Shown: in pieces, positions 18,003-28,151 of the stretch
How the letters are laid out: each line of letters begins with the position of its first letter
How positions within the stretch are numbered: position 1 is the stretch's first letter
Origin: a virus
Length of the DNA: 64,000 bases
IMG/VR virus record: IMGVR_UViG_3300024966_000001
Location: 9,381 to 73,380 of that record
Reading direction: 5' to 3' (one strand)
The notes under the pieces: model-generated
Databases searched by the model: none
Told to the model about the DNA's origin: nothing
Seen by the model: only the letters and a program-made list of their open reading frames with translations
Program-made: the position numbers and the translations under genes

Positions 18003-19850
18003 ATGACAACCGCTTTTGTTAGGCAATTAGGTGCGGAAGCGGGTGTTCAGCTGAACCCGTTACGCGACAATTCAGAAATACCGACACAGGACAATTACGA
18101 TCAGGTGTTTGGAATCATGATGCGGGCCACACGCGGACGCATCGATAAACCGTTTAAAGTTAACCGTGCCAACGTAGCAAGTAAGCTCGGCAAGGGCGAA
18201 CAAATCCGCGTTTCAGCGTTAAATGAAGCGTGGGTGCATGTGGTCGAGGCGTTAAACAATGGCGCTTATGAGGCCGTTGTTCAGCGCCTGATAACTTCGT
18301 CAGCGGTAATTAAGTACGCCGTCTGCTACATGGGTTCTGGTTTGGTTTTGGGTACGCCGGTTGTTTCCAGCGGTGCCGTTACCAGCATTCCGATTACCAG
18401 TGGCGGTACCGGTTACGGCGTTGCACCTGACATCACTATTACTGGCGTTGGAACAGGGGCATCGGCAACGGCAACTGTTGTTGCCGGTGTGGTTACCGCG
18501 CTGACCATAGTGGGCGGAACCGGTTATACCTCAGCTCCGACTGTCACTGTAGCAGATACGCCTAAATTTTTGGCCGAAACGGCGTTACCCAGCATCCCAT
18601 ACCTGTTTGCCGTTAAGCATCTTGAATGCTTTAACGACGGCATTAAAGTTGATTTTAGGGCGGATGAAAAACGCTCTGGCGGCGTCAGTGCTGCCAACGA
18701 TCAAATCACGCTGATTATCAGGGATATTGACGGCAATGCGCTGTATGAGTTTACCGGTTCGCTAAGTTCTACGGCACAGGATGATTATAACAATTCGGCC
18801 TATCTGGCTGATGTTGTATCGGGCAGGACCGATGCTGTCGAGGTGACTGTTGGCTTGCTGGGCACGATTCCGACTACATCAACCGCATATGGCTACAGCG
18901 ACACGACCGGTCAGCCCAATTGGGCAAAATCCGGCACGCTGGCTTGCTTTACCGAGGGCGGTACCGGTTATTCGACATCCGATTACTCGGCTGCGCGAGT
19001 AAAACTGCAATATTCGCCTCAGAATTATGCCTATATCAGTTCTGGCGGCTCTCAGTCGGCGGCATTATTGGCACAGCTGGCGCAATTGTCATTTGATACC
19101 AACAGACAGCTAAGATTAGACGTGCCCGGCGGACTTACTGTGGACGCAGCCATTACATTCGTTGAGCAGTTAAACATGGGGGCAAGCCAGACATCGCATT
19201 TGATGCATCAGTTTTGGCCTTTGTTTAAGTCTGATGACCCTACAGGCATCAACGGTAAGGGATATTACGGAACGGCAACACTGAATATTGCTTATGCCTG
19301 TGCGCGTAACGCTCAAACCAATGCTAAGGGATTTGCGCCAAAGAACTATCCGATAGCTGGTAAGCAATGGCCAGTAAGGCGCACAGGTATTGTTCATGAT
19401 GCACGGCCTTCTGATCAGGATTTAAACGCCCTGGCCAGAGCCAAGATCAACCCTGTTATGTTTGAAACTTACACCGGTGGCGGCCGTACTGTGTTTCGCG
19501 ATTCTTTAACTGCGGCACAGGTTGAATCAAGCTCGAAAAAACTGATCGCTGTTGCAGACATGTCTTCGTCAATTGATGATGCCGTGACCCGGTTTAGCAA
19601 CGACGCGTTGCAGCTGCCGATGGATATTGCAGTGAAGCGCACCAAGGATTATCTGAAGGCGTTATTTGAAGGCGCTCAGGCGGCTGGCTGGATTGTTCCA
19701 TCGTCTGATCCGAGCATGAATGGTGCTGCGTTTATCTATGAGGTCAAGCCAAATGATGTAAGGCCGTATGACCGTATGGATGTGAGCTATGGCTTGCGCT
19801 ACGACGGCACCGTAAGGCAAATTTTTGTAACTCAAACGCTACCCAAATAA
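18003..19850 (+). CDS. Contractile tail sheath protein
   Basis: Sheath C-terminus (L..AKINPV...FRDSLT...[18 protein letters not shown]) with an inserted GGTGY..AP.VT domain. Confidence 0.85.
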   Translation: MTTAFVRQLGAEAGVQLNPLRDNSEIPTQDNYDQVFGIMMRATRGRIDKPFKVNRANVASKLGKGEQIRVSALNEAWVHVVEALNNGAYEAVVQRLITSSAVIKYAVCYMGSGLVLGTPVVSSGAVTSIPITSGGTGYGVAPDITITGVGTGASATATVVAGVVTALTIVGGTGYTSAPTVTVADTPKFLAETALPSIPYLFAVKHLECFNDGIKVDFRADEKRSGGVSAANDQITLIIRDIDGNALYEFTGSLSSTAQDDYNNSAYLADVVSGRTDAVEVTVGLLGTIPTTSTAYGYSDTTGQPNWAKSGTLACFTEGGTGYSTSDYSAARVKLQYSPQNYAYISSGGSQSAALLAQLAQLSFDTNRQLRLDVPGGLTVDAAITFVEQLNMGASQTSHLMHQFWPLFKSDDPTGINGKGYYGTATLNIAYACARNAQTNAKGFAPKNYPIAGKQWPVRRTGIVHDARPSDQDLNALARAKINPVMFETYTGGGRTVFRDSLTAAQVESSSKKLIAVADMSSSIDDAVTRFSNDALQLPMDIAVKRTKDYLKALFEGAQAAGWIVPSSDPSMNGAAFIYEVKPNDVRPYDRMDVSYGLRYDGTVRQIFVTQTLPK

Positions 19851-19863
19851 GGGGCAATAAAAA

Positions 19864-20553
19864 ATGAACGACTTTTTACGAGAAATGCTGAAGCCTAAAA
19901 AAGCGGCCAAAAACAAACCGGCTTTGGATGGCTGCGGCGAGGATAAAGACAAGGAAATGCCGGTTCTGGATGGCGCTGTTGATTACACAACGGCCGACAT
20001 TTCGCTGAAGTCAGTGGCGGCGGTACAGCAATGGGTTGAAACCGATGACCTTGACGAAGGCGAAACTTTGGTCGACCGCCTGATGAATATGTTTGTCGGC
20101 ATTGCCGACGCCAATAAAGACGGCGAAATCAGTGAAGACGAGCAGGGCGTAGTTGATATTGCCCTGAACGAAGCCTGGGGTTATCTGGAGCAGTACGGCG
20201 TTGCAGAGGACGATATTTCAGCGTTACTGAACGACTGGGATAACGATGCCGCTGAACGCATTCGCGATTTACTGGCCGCGTCTTTGCCGGAAGGCGAAGC
20301 GGCCGATGCTGATATTGACGGCTTTGTTTTCGGTAGCGGCGATCAAGAGCCAGCCCTGGATGCTGTCTATAAAAAGACCATGGCAGTCCGTGACGGCAAA
20401 AAAGTCAGAATCAATAAGCGTATCAGTGGAACTGTTAGGCTTTCAGCCAAGCAAAAAATAGCTATCCGCAAGGCCGGAATGAAATCGCATAGCGCAATGG
20501 CAATGATGCATCGCGCTAAATCAATGAAAGTCCGCAAAAGAACCGGGCTGTAA
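19864..20553 (+). CDS. Prohead core-like protein (acidic body, basic tail)
   Basis: C-terminal KK..VRDGKKV...RAKSMKVRKRTGL resembles T4 gp68-type core proteins. Confidence 0.55.
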   Translation: MNDFLREMLKPKKAAKNKPALDGCGEDKDKEMPVLDGAVDYTTADISLKSVAAVQQWVETDDLDEGETLVDRLMNMFVGIADANKDGEISEDEQGVVDIALNEAWGYLEQYGVAEDDISALLNDWDNDAAERIRDLLAASLPEGEAADADIDGFVFGSGDQEPALDAVYKKTMAVRDGKKVRINKRISGTVRLSAKQKIAIRKAGMKSHSAMAMMHRAKSMKVRKRTGL

Positions 20554-20555
20554 TT

Positions 20556-21275
20556 GTGGCTGAGCCGCCGCTGTCATCCTTATGGGACGGGCTATCGCCG
20601 CATCTGATCGCCTCGTTCTATGAAGTTAATCGTGACGGCTCTCGCGTTAATTACGACTTGACCGTTAAAGCGCCGTTGATGGATGTCAATATCGACGTGA
20701 CGCAGAACTGGCAAAGCCCTTTTGAGAATGTAGGGCAAAGCAATTTCCCTACGTTGCAGCAATTGTTACAGAGCGGAGCCGCTTTACCGTTAGCGCAAAT
20801 AGCGGATGACAAATTAGGCACGGATCTTAAGAGGCTGGTTGCATCCGTCGATGGCAAGAGCAGCGTAACCAAGCTGAACTCTATTCAGGTATGGAGCGGC
20901 GCGCCGCCGGCAAAAATTCAAGGCACGGCGGTTTTTCGCGCCTGGAAAGATGCCGTGTCAGAAGTTGAAAACCCTGTCGATCAACTCATGAAGTGGTCCT
21001 TGCCAGTTAATCTGGCCGCTGACGGGTTAATTTTTTCCAGGCTTGCCGACAAAGGCGCGAGCGTGGATACCGTGCTTCCGTCCGAAGTGCCAGTGCTGAT
21101 CGCCATGAAATACAAAAACAGAACTTATTCGCCAATGGTTATCGAATCCATAGGTATGCCGTTGTCCAGCCCGGTTAATGCCGATGGCCGGTATGTTGAG
21201 TTATCCGTGCCAATTACGCTCTGCACTTTAACCGCCATTGACCGGTCAGACTGGATCAACTACACAAAAATCTAA
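20556..21275 (+). CDS. Baseplate tail-tube initiator-like protein
   Basis: NWQSPFE...QVWSG.PP...PMVIESI..P; structural context. Confidence 0.55.
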   Translation: MAEPPLSSLWDGLSPHLIASFYEVNRDGSRVNYDLTVKAPLMDVNIDVTQNWQSPFENVGQSNFPTLQQLLQSGAALPLAQIADDKLGTDLKRLVASVDGKSSVTKLNSIQVWSGAPPAKIQGTAVFRAWKDAVSEVENPVDQLMKWSLPVNLAADGLIFSRLADKGASVDTVLPSEVPVLIAMKYKNRTYSPMVIESIGMPLSSPVNADGRYVELSVPITLCTLTAIDRSDWINYTKI

Positions 21276-21289
21276 CAAGGTATAGCGTC

Positions 21290-22066
21290 TTGAAACACTT
21301 TCCCATCCTGAGAACCCGGCGATTAACGGTACAGCTCAAAGAGCTGAGTATCGGTGACGCTATTGCAATTGCCAATATGCCTGAGCACATGGCAGAGGCT
21401 GAACTCGCTGCATTTATTCGCTGCATAACCGCCGAAGTAACGGCCGGACCGACTGATCCGGCAGACTGGACCGTGCAGGAACGAACATTGGTTGTTTCTC
21501 ATTATTTAGCATCCGTAGTCGATGATGGCCCGGACTTTTCATTAGGCGCTGGTAAATACTCGGATTACCTGGACGGTGCCGCCGATATATCGCTGGCGTT
21601 TACGCAAGTGCCTATTGGCGAAGTAGGCGGAGACCGGTGGGAAATAAGACACTTAACCGGCGCAATGGCGGAATCTATCGAGCGGCTACAGGGTGAAATC
21701 GACCGGCTTGAATCGAGGCTGCACTGGATTGTCGGCGCTATGGCCGCGCAATTAACAAGGTCCGGGGAAGAAATACCGGAGCTATCGGCAGACGGTGGCT
21801 ATGATGAATGGCTTTTAGGGCGCATTAATATCCTGATTGGATTCCCTGAAAGCGACTTTGAGAAGTTGATGGGCAGCTATCAGGCGGGGCGCGAAAAGCT
21901 GCATCATCTATTCGCCTTTACCTTTGATGATGGCGGTATTGTTATCTTGCCGAAACAAGGAGGTGCGGAAGGATTACCTCCCGCACGATTTCCGGTACGC
22001 ACCTGCTTGTCAAAACTCGCGTGCTCAATGGCGGGAAAACCTAACGGATTTGGCAGTCAGCCTTAG
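21290..22066 (+). CDS. Tail/baseplate assembly chaperone-like protein
   Basis: Structural context; TTG start with AAGG SD. Confidence 0.5.
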   Translation: MKHFPILRTRRLTVQLKELSIGDAIAIANMPEHMAEAELAAFIRCITAEVTAGPTDPADWTVQERTLVVSHYLASVVDDGPDFSLGAGKYSDYLDGAADISLAFTQVPIGEVGGDRWEIRHLTGAMAESIERLQGEIDRLESRLHWIVGAMAAQLTRSGEEIPELSADGGYDEWLLGRINILIGFPESDFEKLMGSYQAGREKLHHLFAFTFDDGGIVILPKQGGAEGLPPARFPVRTCLSKLACSMAGKPNGFGSQP

Positions 22067-22268
22067 TTTATATTCGTCAACGTCGCTTAATGATGCACTA
22101 AATTTGCCGGTTTCCATAGCAATGCGGTTTTTCGAATCAAAGCCGTTTTCGGACTGGAAAAAATCAAGAGAATCTGAAAACAAAATACAGGTAGCCATCA
22201 TCGACAGGCTGAACGGGGTCATTAGGTCGTTCGGAGTTTTTGCAAAAGCAATCGCGGGGAGGAGATAA
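21924..22268 (+). CDS. Small baseplate assembly protein overlapping the previous gene
   Basis: LSLY...SL.DAL.LP.S.A.RFF.S..F.DWKK; start uncertain. Confidence 0.45.
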   Translation: MMMAVLLSCRNKEVRKDYLPHDFRYAPACQNSRAQWRENLTDLAVSLSLYSSTSLNDALNLPVSIAMRFFESKPFSDWKKSRESENKIQVAIIDRLNGVIRSFGVFAKAIAGRR

Positions 22269-22270
22269 AT

Positions 22271-22444
22271 ATGACATTAGGTATAGATTTTAGTCAACGT
22301 ACAACAAGACTTGGCGCTCTAGTGTTGCTGGGCGTTGTTATAGCACTGCTTTTTTTGGCATTCAGCACGCCTGAAAAAGCCTTTGCCGTCATGACGATCA
22401 TTGGAACTGCATCTGGACTATTGGGTCTGGCAGTAAAAGACTAA
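22271..22444 (+). CDS. Putative holin (57 aa, two TM)
   Basis: GGAGGAG SD; MTLGIDFSQRTTRLGALVLLGVVIALLFLAFS...IIGTASGLLGLAVKD; heads the lysis cluster. Confidence 0.6.
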   Translation: MTLGIDFSQRTTRLGALVLLGVVIALLFLAFSTPEKAFAVMTIIGTASGLLGLAVKD

Positions 22445-22944
22445 TGCCAATCATGACCGAGGTTAAGTTAGTCGTATTGGCGTTATCCGCGGCTTCCATT
22501 TTTGGGGCTGGATTTGGACTTTCGCATAAAATCGATGAGGCTAAAATTCAGCGCATGGAGTTTGGTATTTTGATGGCTAACAATGAGGCGAAATCACTGC
22601 TTCAGTTAGCCTCAGAACGAGCGGAAACGGCCACGGCCAATGCAAAAAAGTTAAATTCAGAGTTGGATGAAGCCCATGAAGCATTTATTAAAACTGCTGT
22701 TGATTACGATCAGCAGCTTGATTCTATCCGCTTGTACGCCGACCGTAGGCCGTGTGGTTCTGGCGCCGCGACAGCAAGTAATTCTACCGGAATTTCTCAA
22801 GAAGCCGCCCGTGAAGCCGAACTTGACTCAGAAATTGATAGAACTATCAAAGAGGCGGCAGTTGTTGCGGACATTGCCGCCGACTACGCTCACAACGCCT
22901 ACACGTTCGCCAATGTAAATAACTGCGGAATACTAAGGGAATGA
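22444..22944 (+). CDS. Rz-like inner-membrane spanin
   Basis: N-terminal TM plus coiled coil; embedded lipoprotein gene. Confidence 0.75.
   Translation: MPIMTEVKLVVLALSAASIFGAGFGLSHKIDEAKIQRMEFGILMANNEAKSLLQLASERAETATANAKKLNSELDEAHEAFIKTAVDYDQQLDSIRLYADRRPCGSGAATASNSTGISQEAAREAELDSEIDRTIKEAAVVADIAADYAHNAYTFANVNNCGILRE
22676..22918 (+). CDS. Rz1-like outer-membrane lipoprotein spanin (embedded, +1 frame)
   Basis: MKHLLKLLLITISSLILSAC lipobox; Pro-rich mature part. Confidence 0.7.
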   Translation: MKHLLKLLLITISSLILSACTPTVGRVVLAPRQQVILPEFLKKPPVKPNLTQKLIELSKRRQLLRTLPPTTLTTPTRSPM

Positions 22945-23189
22945 ATATGCCAAGTGATGAATGTAGAATTGCAAAACTTGAACAGCGCATGGATGGTTTG
23001 TGCCGTGAACGCAATGAAGATAAAGCCGAAACCAAAGATCTGATCGATAAAATATTCGCCAAGCTTGATGCGATTCTCGATACACAATCAAAACAAAAAG
23101 GATTCTGGTCTGGAGTGGCTTTTATCCTATCTGCGATAGCAGGATCATTCGGCATTATTATATATTTTGTAACGGGGAAGTCGGCATGA
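22941..23189 (+). CDS. Holin/antiholin-like protein (coiled coil plus C-terminal TM)
   Basis: RIAKLEQ...KQKGFWSGVAFILSAIAG; immediately before the endolysin. Confidence 0.6.
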   Translation: MNMPSDECRIAKLEQRMDGLCRERNEDKAETKDLIDKIFAKLDAILDTQSKQKGFWSGVAFILSAIAGSFGIIIYFVTGKSA

Positions 23190-23599
23190 TAAACAGCAGA
23201 AACATTAATGATTTAACGACAAAGGCTGCCGACTTGTGTTACTTGTTTATCGCTAAATGCGCCAAGCAGGGAATTGACGTTATCGTTACCAGCACCTATC
23301 GCGACGCCGATTCTCAAAATGCTTTGTACGCTCAAGGACGCACAAAGCCAGGGCCTAAAGTAACAAATGCTAAAGCTGGAGAATCCTTTCATAACTACCG
23401 TGTTGCTTTTGACTTTTGCCCAATTGTCAACGGCAAGGCAGCCTGGAACGATACCATGTTGTTTGAGCGTTGCGGTGAGATAGCCGAATCAATCGGCCTG
23501 GAGTGGGCTGGACGCTGGAAGTCATTTAAAGAGCTGGCGCATTGTCAAATGAGCGGCTACACGCTTGCCGAATTAAAGGCAGGAAAGGCGGTTGTTTAA
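23186..23599 (+). CDS. Endolysin, M15 (L-Ala-D-Glu) peptidase
   Basis: TSTYR...QNALYAQGRTKPGPKVTNAKAGESFHNY..AFD...LEWAGRW..FKE..H. Confidence 0.92.
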   Translation: MINSRNINDLTTKAADLCYLFIAKCAKQGIDVIVTSTYRDADSQNALYAQGRTKPGPKVTNAKAGESFHNYRVAFDFCPIVNGKAAWNDTMLFERCGEIAESIGLEWAGRWKSFKELAHCQMSGYTLAELKAGKAVV

Positions 23600-23602
23600 T
23601 TT

Positions 23603-23965
23603 ATGAGTCAATTATCTGCAATTTTGCGAGATACCGAAGGCAACGGGATTATGTTCTGGTGCCCCGGTTGTGATGGCGCTCACCGTATCCAGCATGGCGC
23701 TGGTACTGGGCCGCGCTGGGGTTGGAACGGCGATACTGAAAAGCCAACGTTTACACCTTCTGTTTTGGTTAACGCTACTGAGCTGACCGAAAAAGGCGAA
23801 CAAGAGCGTCGGGATTGGGTTGATGCCGGTTATCCGAAGCTTGAAAAACCTTTAGACTCGGTACCGACTGTTTGTCACTCATTCGTAACCGATGGAAACA
23901 TCCAATTCTTAACTGATAGCACTCATTCGCTGTCCGGACAAACCGTACCATTGCCAGAGTGGTAA
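23603..23965 (+). CDS. DUF6527-like Zn-binding protein
   Basis: FWCPGC..AH...W.WNGD..KPTFTPSVL...CHSFVTDG.IQFL.DSTH.L.GQTVPLP. Confidence 0.75.
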   Translation: MSQLSAILRDTEGNGIMFWCPGCDGAHRIQHGAGTGPRWGWNGDTEKPTFTPSVLVNATELTEKGEQERRDWVDAGYPKLEKPLDSVPTVCHSFVTDGNIQFLTDSTHSLSGQTVPLPEW

Positions 23966-24075
23966 AAATCGCCATAATCCTGTGCGAAAACCCTATGCAT
24001 CAACTCTAATTAGGGCAATCAATCCAGGCTGCCGTGGGCGATTTAATACGCGGCAGACAAATATTAGTAACACTC

Positions 24076-24115
24076 GGAAAACCCCACCAAAACCAAAAAA
24101 TTCACATAATAAAGT
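24076..24115 (+). promoter_or_regulatory. Putative late promoter 4 (tail tube)
   Basis: GGAAAAC-N27-TAAAGT. Confidence 0.6.
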
Positions 24116-24147
24116 TATGGCACATTTTCAATTACTGGAATACCGCC

Positions 24148-24648
24148 ATGACCATCAGCAACGCCGCTTACTTGAAAATCTTTCACGATACCGCAAAAGC
24201 AAGCGGCGCGAAGGCTATTTCATCTGACTTTTCTTTCGAGATTGAAGGGTTTGAAGCCAACTGGATACTGACCAAGCAATGCCCTTGGCCGGTAGTTTCC
24301 ACCGCTGGCGAAATTGAAGTACCCATGCCGCTGGGATCAACCGGATGGGAAATGCAGCAAGCCAAGGTTAATCAGCAAGGGGCCATTGCCTTTATGGAAA
24401 CCACCGTGGGCAGTATTGATCAGATGATGGTCAATTTAATCGCTCAAGGCGGCAAGTTCAACGCCAAAATCTATGAAGGAACTCCGCAGAAATTCTTGCG
24501 GGCAAAGCGTATTGAAGATTGTTACATTCAGCTCGATAACGCAGACCGTGATTGGGAAAACCGTTCGCAAATTTTAATGTTCAGCGGAACCCTGTTTTTC
24601 CACTATTTTGGAGAAATTATTCAAGGCAATTCCAACGATTACCGCTAA
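24148..24648 (+). CDS. Tail tube protein (P1-like)
   Basis: 166 aa, tube-like beta pattern (SSDFSFEIEG...EIEVPMP.G...KIYEGTP...FSGTLFFHYFG). Confidence 0.65.
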   Translation: MTISNAAYLKIFHDTAKASGAKAISSDFSFEIEGFEANWILTKQCPWPVVSTAGEIEVPMPLGSTGWEMQQAKVNQQGAIAFMETTVGSIDQMMVNLIAQGGKFNAKIYEGTPQKFLRAKRIEDCYIQLDNADRDWENRSQILMFSGTLFFHYFGEIIQGNSNDYR

Positions 24649-24684
24649 TTTTATTTTTAACTTACTTAAAGAGGATTAAATCTC

Positions 24685-25047
24685 ATGCCAGGACCAAATG
24701 ATTCACCGGCTTATATTGGACCAATCTCCGTTCCTCCTGGAGCAACAGGCGACTTGGTTCCACAGCGCCAAGAAATTGATGCGGAATTTACAAAGAAAAC
24801 CGGGCTTGTTATTTCCGAGGCGGCAAATGGCAAGCAGGGCGTAGCAACATTAGTAGCTGGAACCCAGGTGGTTTCAAATACCAGTATCACGGCAAACAGC
24901 CGCATCTTTTTGACCACCAACACGCCAGGCGGTACACCGGGTTGGTTACAGGTTTCCGCAAGAACAGCCGGAACAAACTTTACAATTTTATCTAGCAGCA
25001 ATACCGATACCAGTGTTGTTGCTTATGAAATTTTCGAGCCAGCTTAA
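24685..25047 (+). CDS. Virion/fibre-associated protein
   Basis: G.ATLVAGT..VSNTSITANSRIFLT...SARTAGT.FTI.SS; GAGGA SD. Confidence 0.6.
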   Translation: MPGPNDSPAYIGPISVPPGATGDLVPQRQEIDAEFTKKTGLVISEAANGKQGVATLVAGTQVVSNTSITANSRIFLTTNTPGGTPGWLQVSARTAGTNFTILSSSNTDTSVVAYEIFEPA

Positions 25048-25067
25048 GTAAATGACAACTACTGGCA

Positions 25068-25382
25068 ATGGCGTTTCTTAAAATAAAACAAGGTGAGTCA
25101 TTTACTCTGAATGGGCGGTATTTGGAGGATGATGGGATTACCTCTAAATCACTGGACGGAGTAACACTGAAAAGCCAGATAAGGCTTGAAAGCAAACTAA
25201 TATCGACCTTGACAGTTACAGTACTTAATTCAGCGGAAGGCACTTACAGGCTCGATGCAGTAGAAGGCACCGCAAATTGGCCTGTCGGCACTTTATCTTG
25301 GGATATAAAAGAACGGGTATTAGGGGTTGATAGGCTAACGGAAACCCATCAGATCAGCGTAAAAAAAGCGGTTACGATATGA
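25068..25382 (+). CDS. BppU-like small structural protein
   Basis: IKQGESF...SQIR...TANWPVG.L.WDI...TET..I.V...VT. Confidence 0.6.
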   Translation: MAFLKIKQGESFTLNGRYLEDDGITSKSLDGVTLKSQIRLESKLISTLTVTVLNSAEGTYRLDAVEGTANWPVGTLSWDIKERVLGVDRLTETHQISVKKAVTI

Positions 25383-25858
25383 GCATGCATAGATTTGCCA
25401 TCCCCCCATCATCAACTATTCAGGTAGTCGGTGGGGGGGCGGGTAATGTTGTAGTATTTTCATCTTTTTCGCCACCACCAGGCCTTAGTGCGTATCAGAT
25501 CGCCGTTAAAAACGGCTTTATAGGTGGCGAAGCTGAATGGCTGGTGTCGTTATCCGGTCCGGCAGGTAATCCATCGGGTAGCGATATAGATGCGCTGCTA
25601 GAGCAAAGGTTATCCGATTTGGCCGCTGCGGTCGCCATTGATATAGCCGACCTCAATCAAAAAACAGCCAAGTATGAACACCATCAAGCGACACCGGAAG
25701 TGCAATGGGTGGCGCAGCACAACTTGAACAAAATACCAAGTATTACCGTGCTTGACTCGGCGGGGAGCGAAGTGGAAGGGGACTACAGCTACCCTTCATT
25801 GGATCAAACACATCTACAATTTTCCTCACCGTTTGGTGGGGTGGCTTACTTTAAATAA
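25379..25858 (+). CDS. Fibre-associated protein
   Basis: GLSAYQIAVKNGF.G.E.EWL.SL.GP motif; C-terminal W...HNL.K.PS.TV. Confidence 0.65.
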   Translation: MSMHRFAIPPSSTIQVVGGGAGNVVVFSSFSPPPGLSAYQIAVKNGFIGGEAEWLVSLSGPAGNPSGSDIDALLEQRLSDLAAAVAIDIADLNQKTAKYEHHQATPEVQWVAQHNLNKIPSITVLDSAGSEVEGDYSYPSLDQTHLQFSSPFGGVAYFK

Positions 25859-25867
25859 GGATCAATC

Positions 25868-26965
25868 ATGGCGAAGAAACTGCTGACCAATTTGGATCTC
25901 AATAAAAACGAACTGCAAAATGCCAGGACTCAGAATTTAGCGGCGCCCCCAGGTGCCCCCGTCGCGGGTTTGCGCTACCACGATACCCTTTTACTGTCTG
26001 AGCATTTTTACAACGGAACCAGCTGGGTGCCGTGCGATGCGCGACTCCGTAACGGCATCCCTATAACCAATTTAGCCACCGACCCGCTGGCCCGAGGCAA
26101 TCATACCGGCACTCAAGTCGCTTCGACTATTTCCGACTTGGCTACGGTTGTGCAGACTTATCGACTTGATCAGTTTGCAATGCCGACCGCGTCTGTCGCT
26201 TTTAATGGACAGAAAATTACCGGCTTAGGGACTCCGACGGCGGGCTCCAATGATGCCGCCCGTATTGTGGATGTTGAGAACGCCGTCCAGTCGTCGGCTG
26301 CGGGGATTGACTCCAAGCCGTCGGTGCGGGTGGTCTCGGTTGCCAACATCGCCACCTTGTCCGGATTACCTACTATCGATGGCATTACATTGCTATCAGG
26401 GGAGCGCATCTTGTTGACGGGACAGACGACTTCAGCCCAGAACGGCCCGTATTCCGTGGCAGCGGGGGCCTGGTCGCGCGTGGTCGATGCCGATCAAACC
26501 GGAGAAGTCACCCCTGGCGCATTTTGGATGATAGAAGAAGGTACGCTGTACAATAAGACTCAATGGCGGTGCGGCAACTCCGGGGCCATTACATTAGGCA
26601 CTACGGCCATCACTATCACCCAATTTGGTGCGGCCAGTATGTACACGGGGGGCGCAGGTCTAGTGCTGACCGGTGTGGATTTCTCTGTCGGCCAAGGCGC
26701 AGGCATTATTGTTGCGGACGATACGGTCAGTATCGATACCGCTGTCGTGGTCCGCAAGTATGCAGCAACGATTGGCGACGGCGCAGCTACTTCGATCACT
26801 GTCACGCACAGTCTTAACACGCAAGATGTTACTTACAGTATTCGCGAGGTGGCGACTAATAGTATGGTGGATTGCGACGTGCAAGCTAACGGGGTTAATA
26901 CGGTAGTGCTCACCTTCGCCAGCGCCCCGGCTAATAACTCATTACGTGTTGTGGTGCATGGCTAA
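25868..26965 (+). CDS. Tail/head fibre protein
   Basis: PLARGNHTGTQ; K.SVRV....NI.TLSG..TIDG..L..GERIL...QT...QNG; C-terminal TVTHSLNT.DV. Confidence 0.75.
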   Translation: MAKKLLTNLDLNKNELQNARTQNLAAPPGAPVAGLRYHDTLLLSEHFYNGTSWVPCDARLRNGIPITNLATDPLARGNHTGTQVASTISDLATVVQTYRLDQFAMPTASVAFNGQKITGLGTPTAGSNDAARIVDVENAVQSSAAGIDSKPSVRVVSVANIATLSGLPTIDGITLLSGERILLTGQTTSAQNGPYSVAAGAWSRVVDADQTGEVTPGAFWMIEEGTLYNKTQWRCGNSGAITLGTTAITITQFGAASMYTGGAGLVLTGVDFSVGQGAGIIVADDTVSIDTAVVVRKYAATIGDGAATSITVTHSLNTQDVTYSIREVATNSMVDCDVQANGVNTVVLTFASAPANNSLRVVVHG

Positions 26966-27702
26966 TGAAGAGCTTATCGTATAAAACAGCTCCTAGTATT
27001 GCGACTTTGCCTGAAGCAATTAGTGCGTTGGCAGGAGCTATCGCCAGGCTAACTAACAATAACCGTCCATTTTGGTGTACAGGTTCGACGTGGATTGACC
27101 TAATGCCGGTACCCGGCGAAATACGCATGTACGCCGGAGCCTCCGCCCCGGAAGGCTGGTTGATCTGCGATGGATCGCAAATACTGATAGCGACGTACCC
27201 GGCACTGGCCGCTGCGATCGGCACCACGTACGGAGGTAATGGCACGACGCACGTGGCGCTGCCCGATTTGCGTGGTCGCATGGCGATGGGCGCGAGCACC
27301 GCACATGCCCTTGGAGCTACAGGCGGGGCAGAGTCAGCTACCCTGACTACCGCGCAAGTGCCGCTGGCTGCGCATACGCACACGGCTACGTTTACACCCG
27401 GCGCGGATGTTTCGGTTAATATCGCTATCCCTGCGGTTTCCGGCGCTGACGCAACAACCAATTCACCCGGTACAGGAGTAAACCTTGGCGTAGGCTTGGC
27501 GGATCTTAACGGTGTTGGAGCCGGTACCGGGCCAGCCAATATTTACAGCACCAGCGCAGCGAATACCACATTGAAACCGTTTTCGGTGTCGGTGCCTGCC
27601 AGCTCCGGTACGGTTGCGGTCAACGCCAACACTGCATCGTCCGCAAGCCCCGTTTCGCTACTGAACCCGTTCTGTGCGCTGAATTTCATTATTGCTACAT
27701 GA
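26965..27702 (+). CDS. Tail-collar-domain fibre protein
   Basis: PGEIRMYAG..APEGWLICDG...YPAL..AIGTTYGGNG.T..ALPDLRGR...NPFCALNFII. Confidence 0.88.
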   Translation: MKSLSYKTAPSIATLPEAISALAGAIARLTNNNRPFWCTGSTWIDLMPVPGEIRMYAGASAPEGWLICDGSQILIATYPALAAAIGTTYGGNGTTHVALPDLRGRMAMGASTAHALGATGGAESATLTTAQVPLAAHTHTATFTPGADVSVNIAIPAVSGADATTNSPGTGVNLGVGLADLNGVGAGTGPANIYSTSAANTTLKPFSVSVPASSGTVAVNANTASSASPVSLLNPFCALNFIIAT

Positions 27703-27727
27703 AAGAACGTGGTGAAAAGGAAGTAAA

Positions 27728-28141
27728 ATGCTCTTAATTGAACTTGTAGATCGCTTTGAATCTCAGGAACATCCAATCGGAATGCTGGACACCACAGTTA
27801 TTCTTGCGCAGGCTATCGCCGCCGTCAGCTTTTACGCGGGTTATGCTGTACTTGCTGCGCATCTGGCAATACCGATTGCCGATCCTGCGCCGGTAACGCC
27901 GACTCCATACCCGGAGATAACGGAGGCCACCGATATAAGCGTGTCTGAATGGGCACTTATCCGGCCACTTTTTCTGTTGTATGTAGAGCGAGAAAATGCA
28001 TTGCAGCTTGAAGCATCGCGCGGTATGGGTATTGACCCATTTGGTCGGACATCGTCCGAGGTTGCCGCCGATATTGCGCTAATGGAAAGCAGTACGGAGC
28101 TGCCGCATAGGGCATCTTGTAGTCCTATTATTACAATTTAG
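27728..28141 (+). CDS. Head-tail adaptor-like protein
   Basis: SEWALIRPLF.LYVERE.A..LEASRG.G.D.FGR; context. Confidence 0.55.
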   Translation: MLLIELVDRFESQEHPIGMLDTTVILAQAIAAVSFYAGYAVLAAHLAIPIADPAPVTPTPYPEITEATDISVSEWALIRPLFLLYVERENALQLEASRGMGIDPFGRTSSEVAADIALMESSTELPHRASCSPIITI

Positions 28142-28151
28142 CAGAACCGCA

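Noticed and set aside
22033-22044. G GGA AAA slippery site as a lambda G/GT-type -1 frameshift
   Set aside because: The -1 frame stops immediately (ACC TAA); the downstream ORF is in the +1 frame
23985-24024. CGAAAAC as another late promoter
   Set aside because: No xAxxxT hexamer at the conserved spacing
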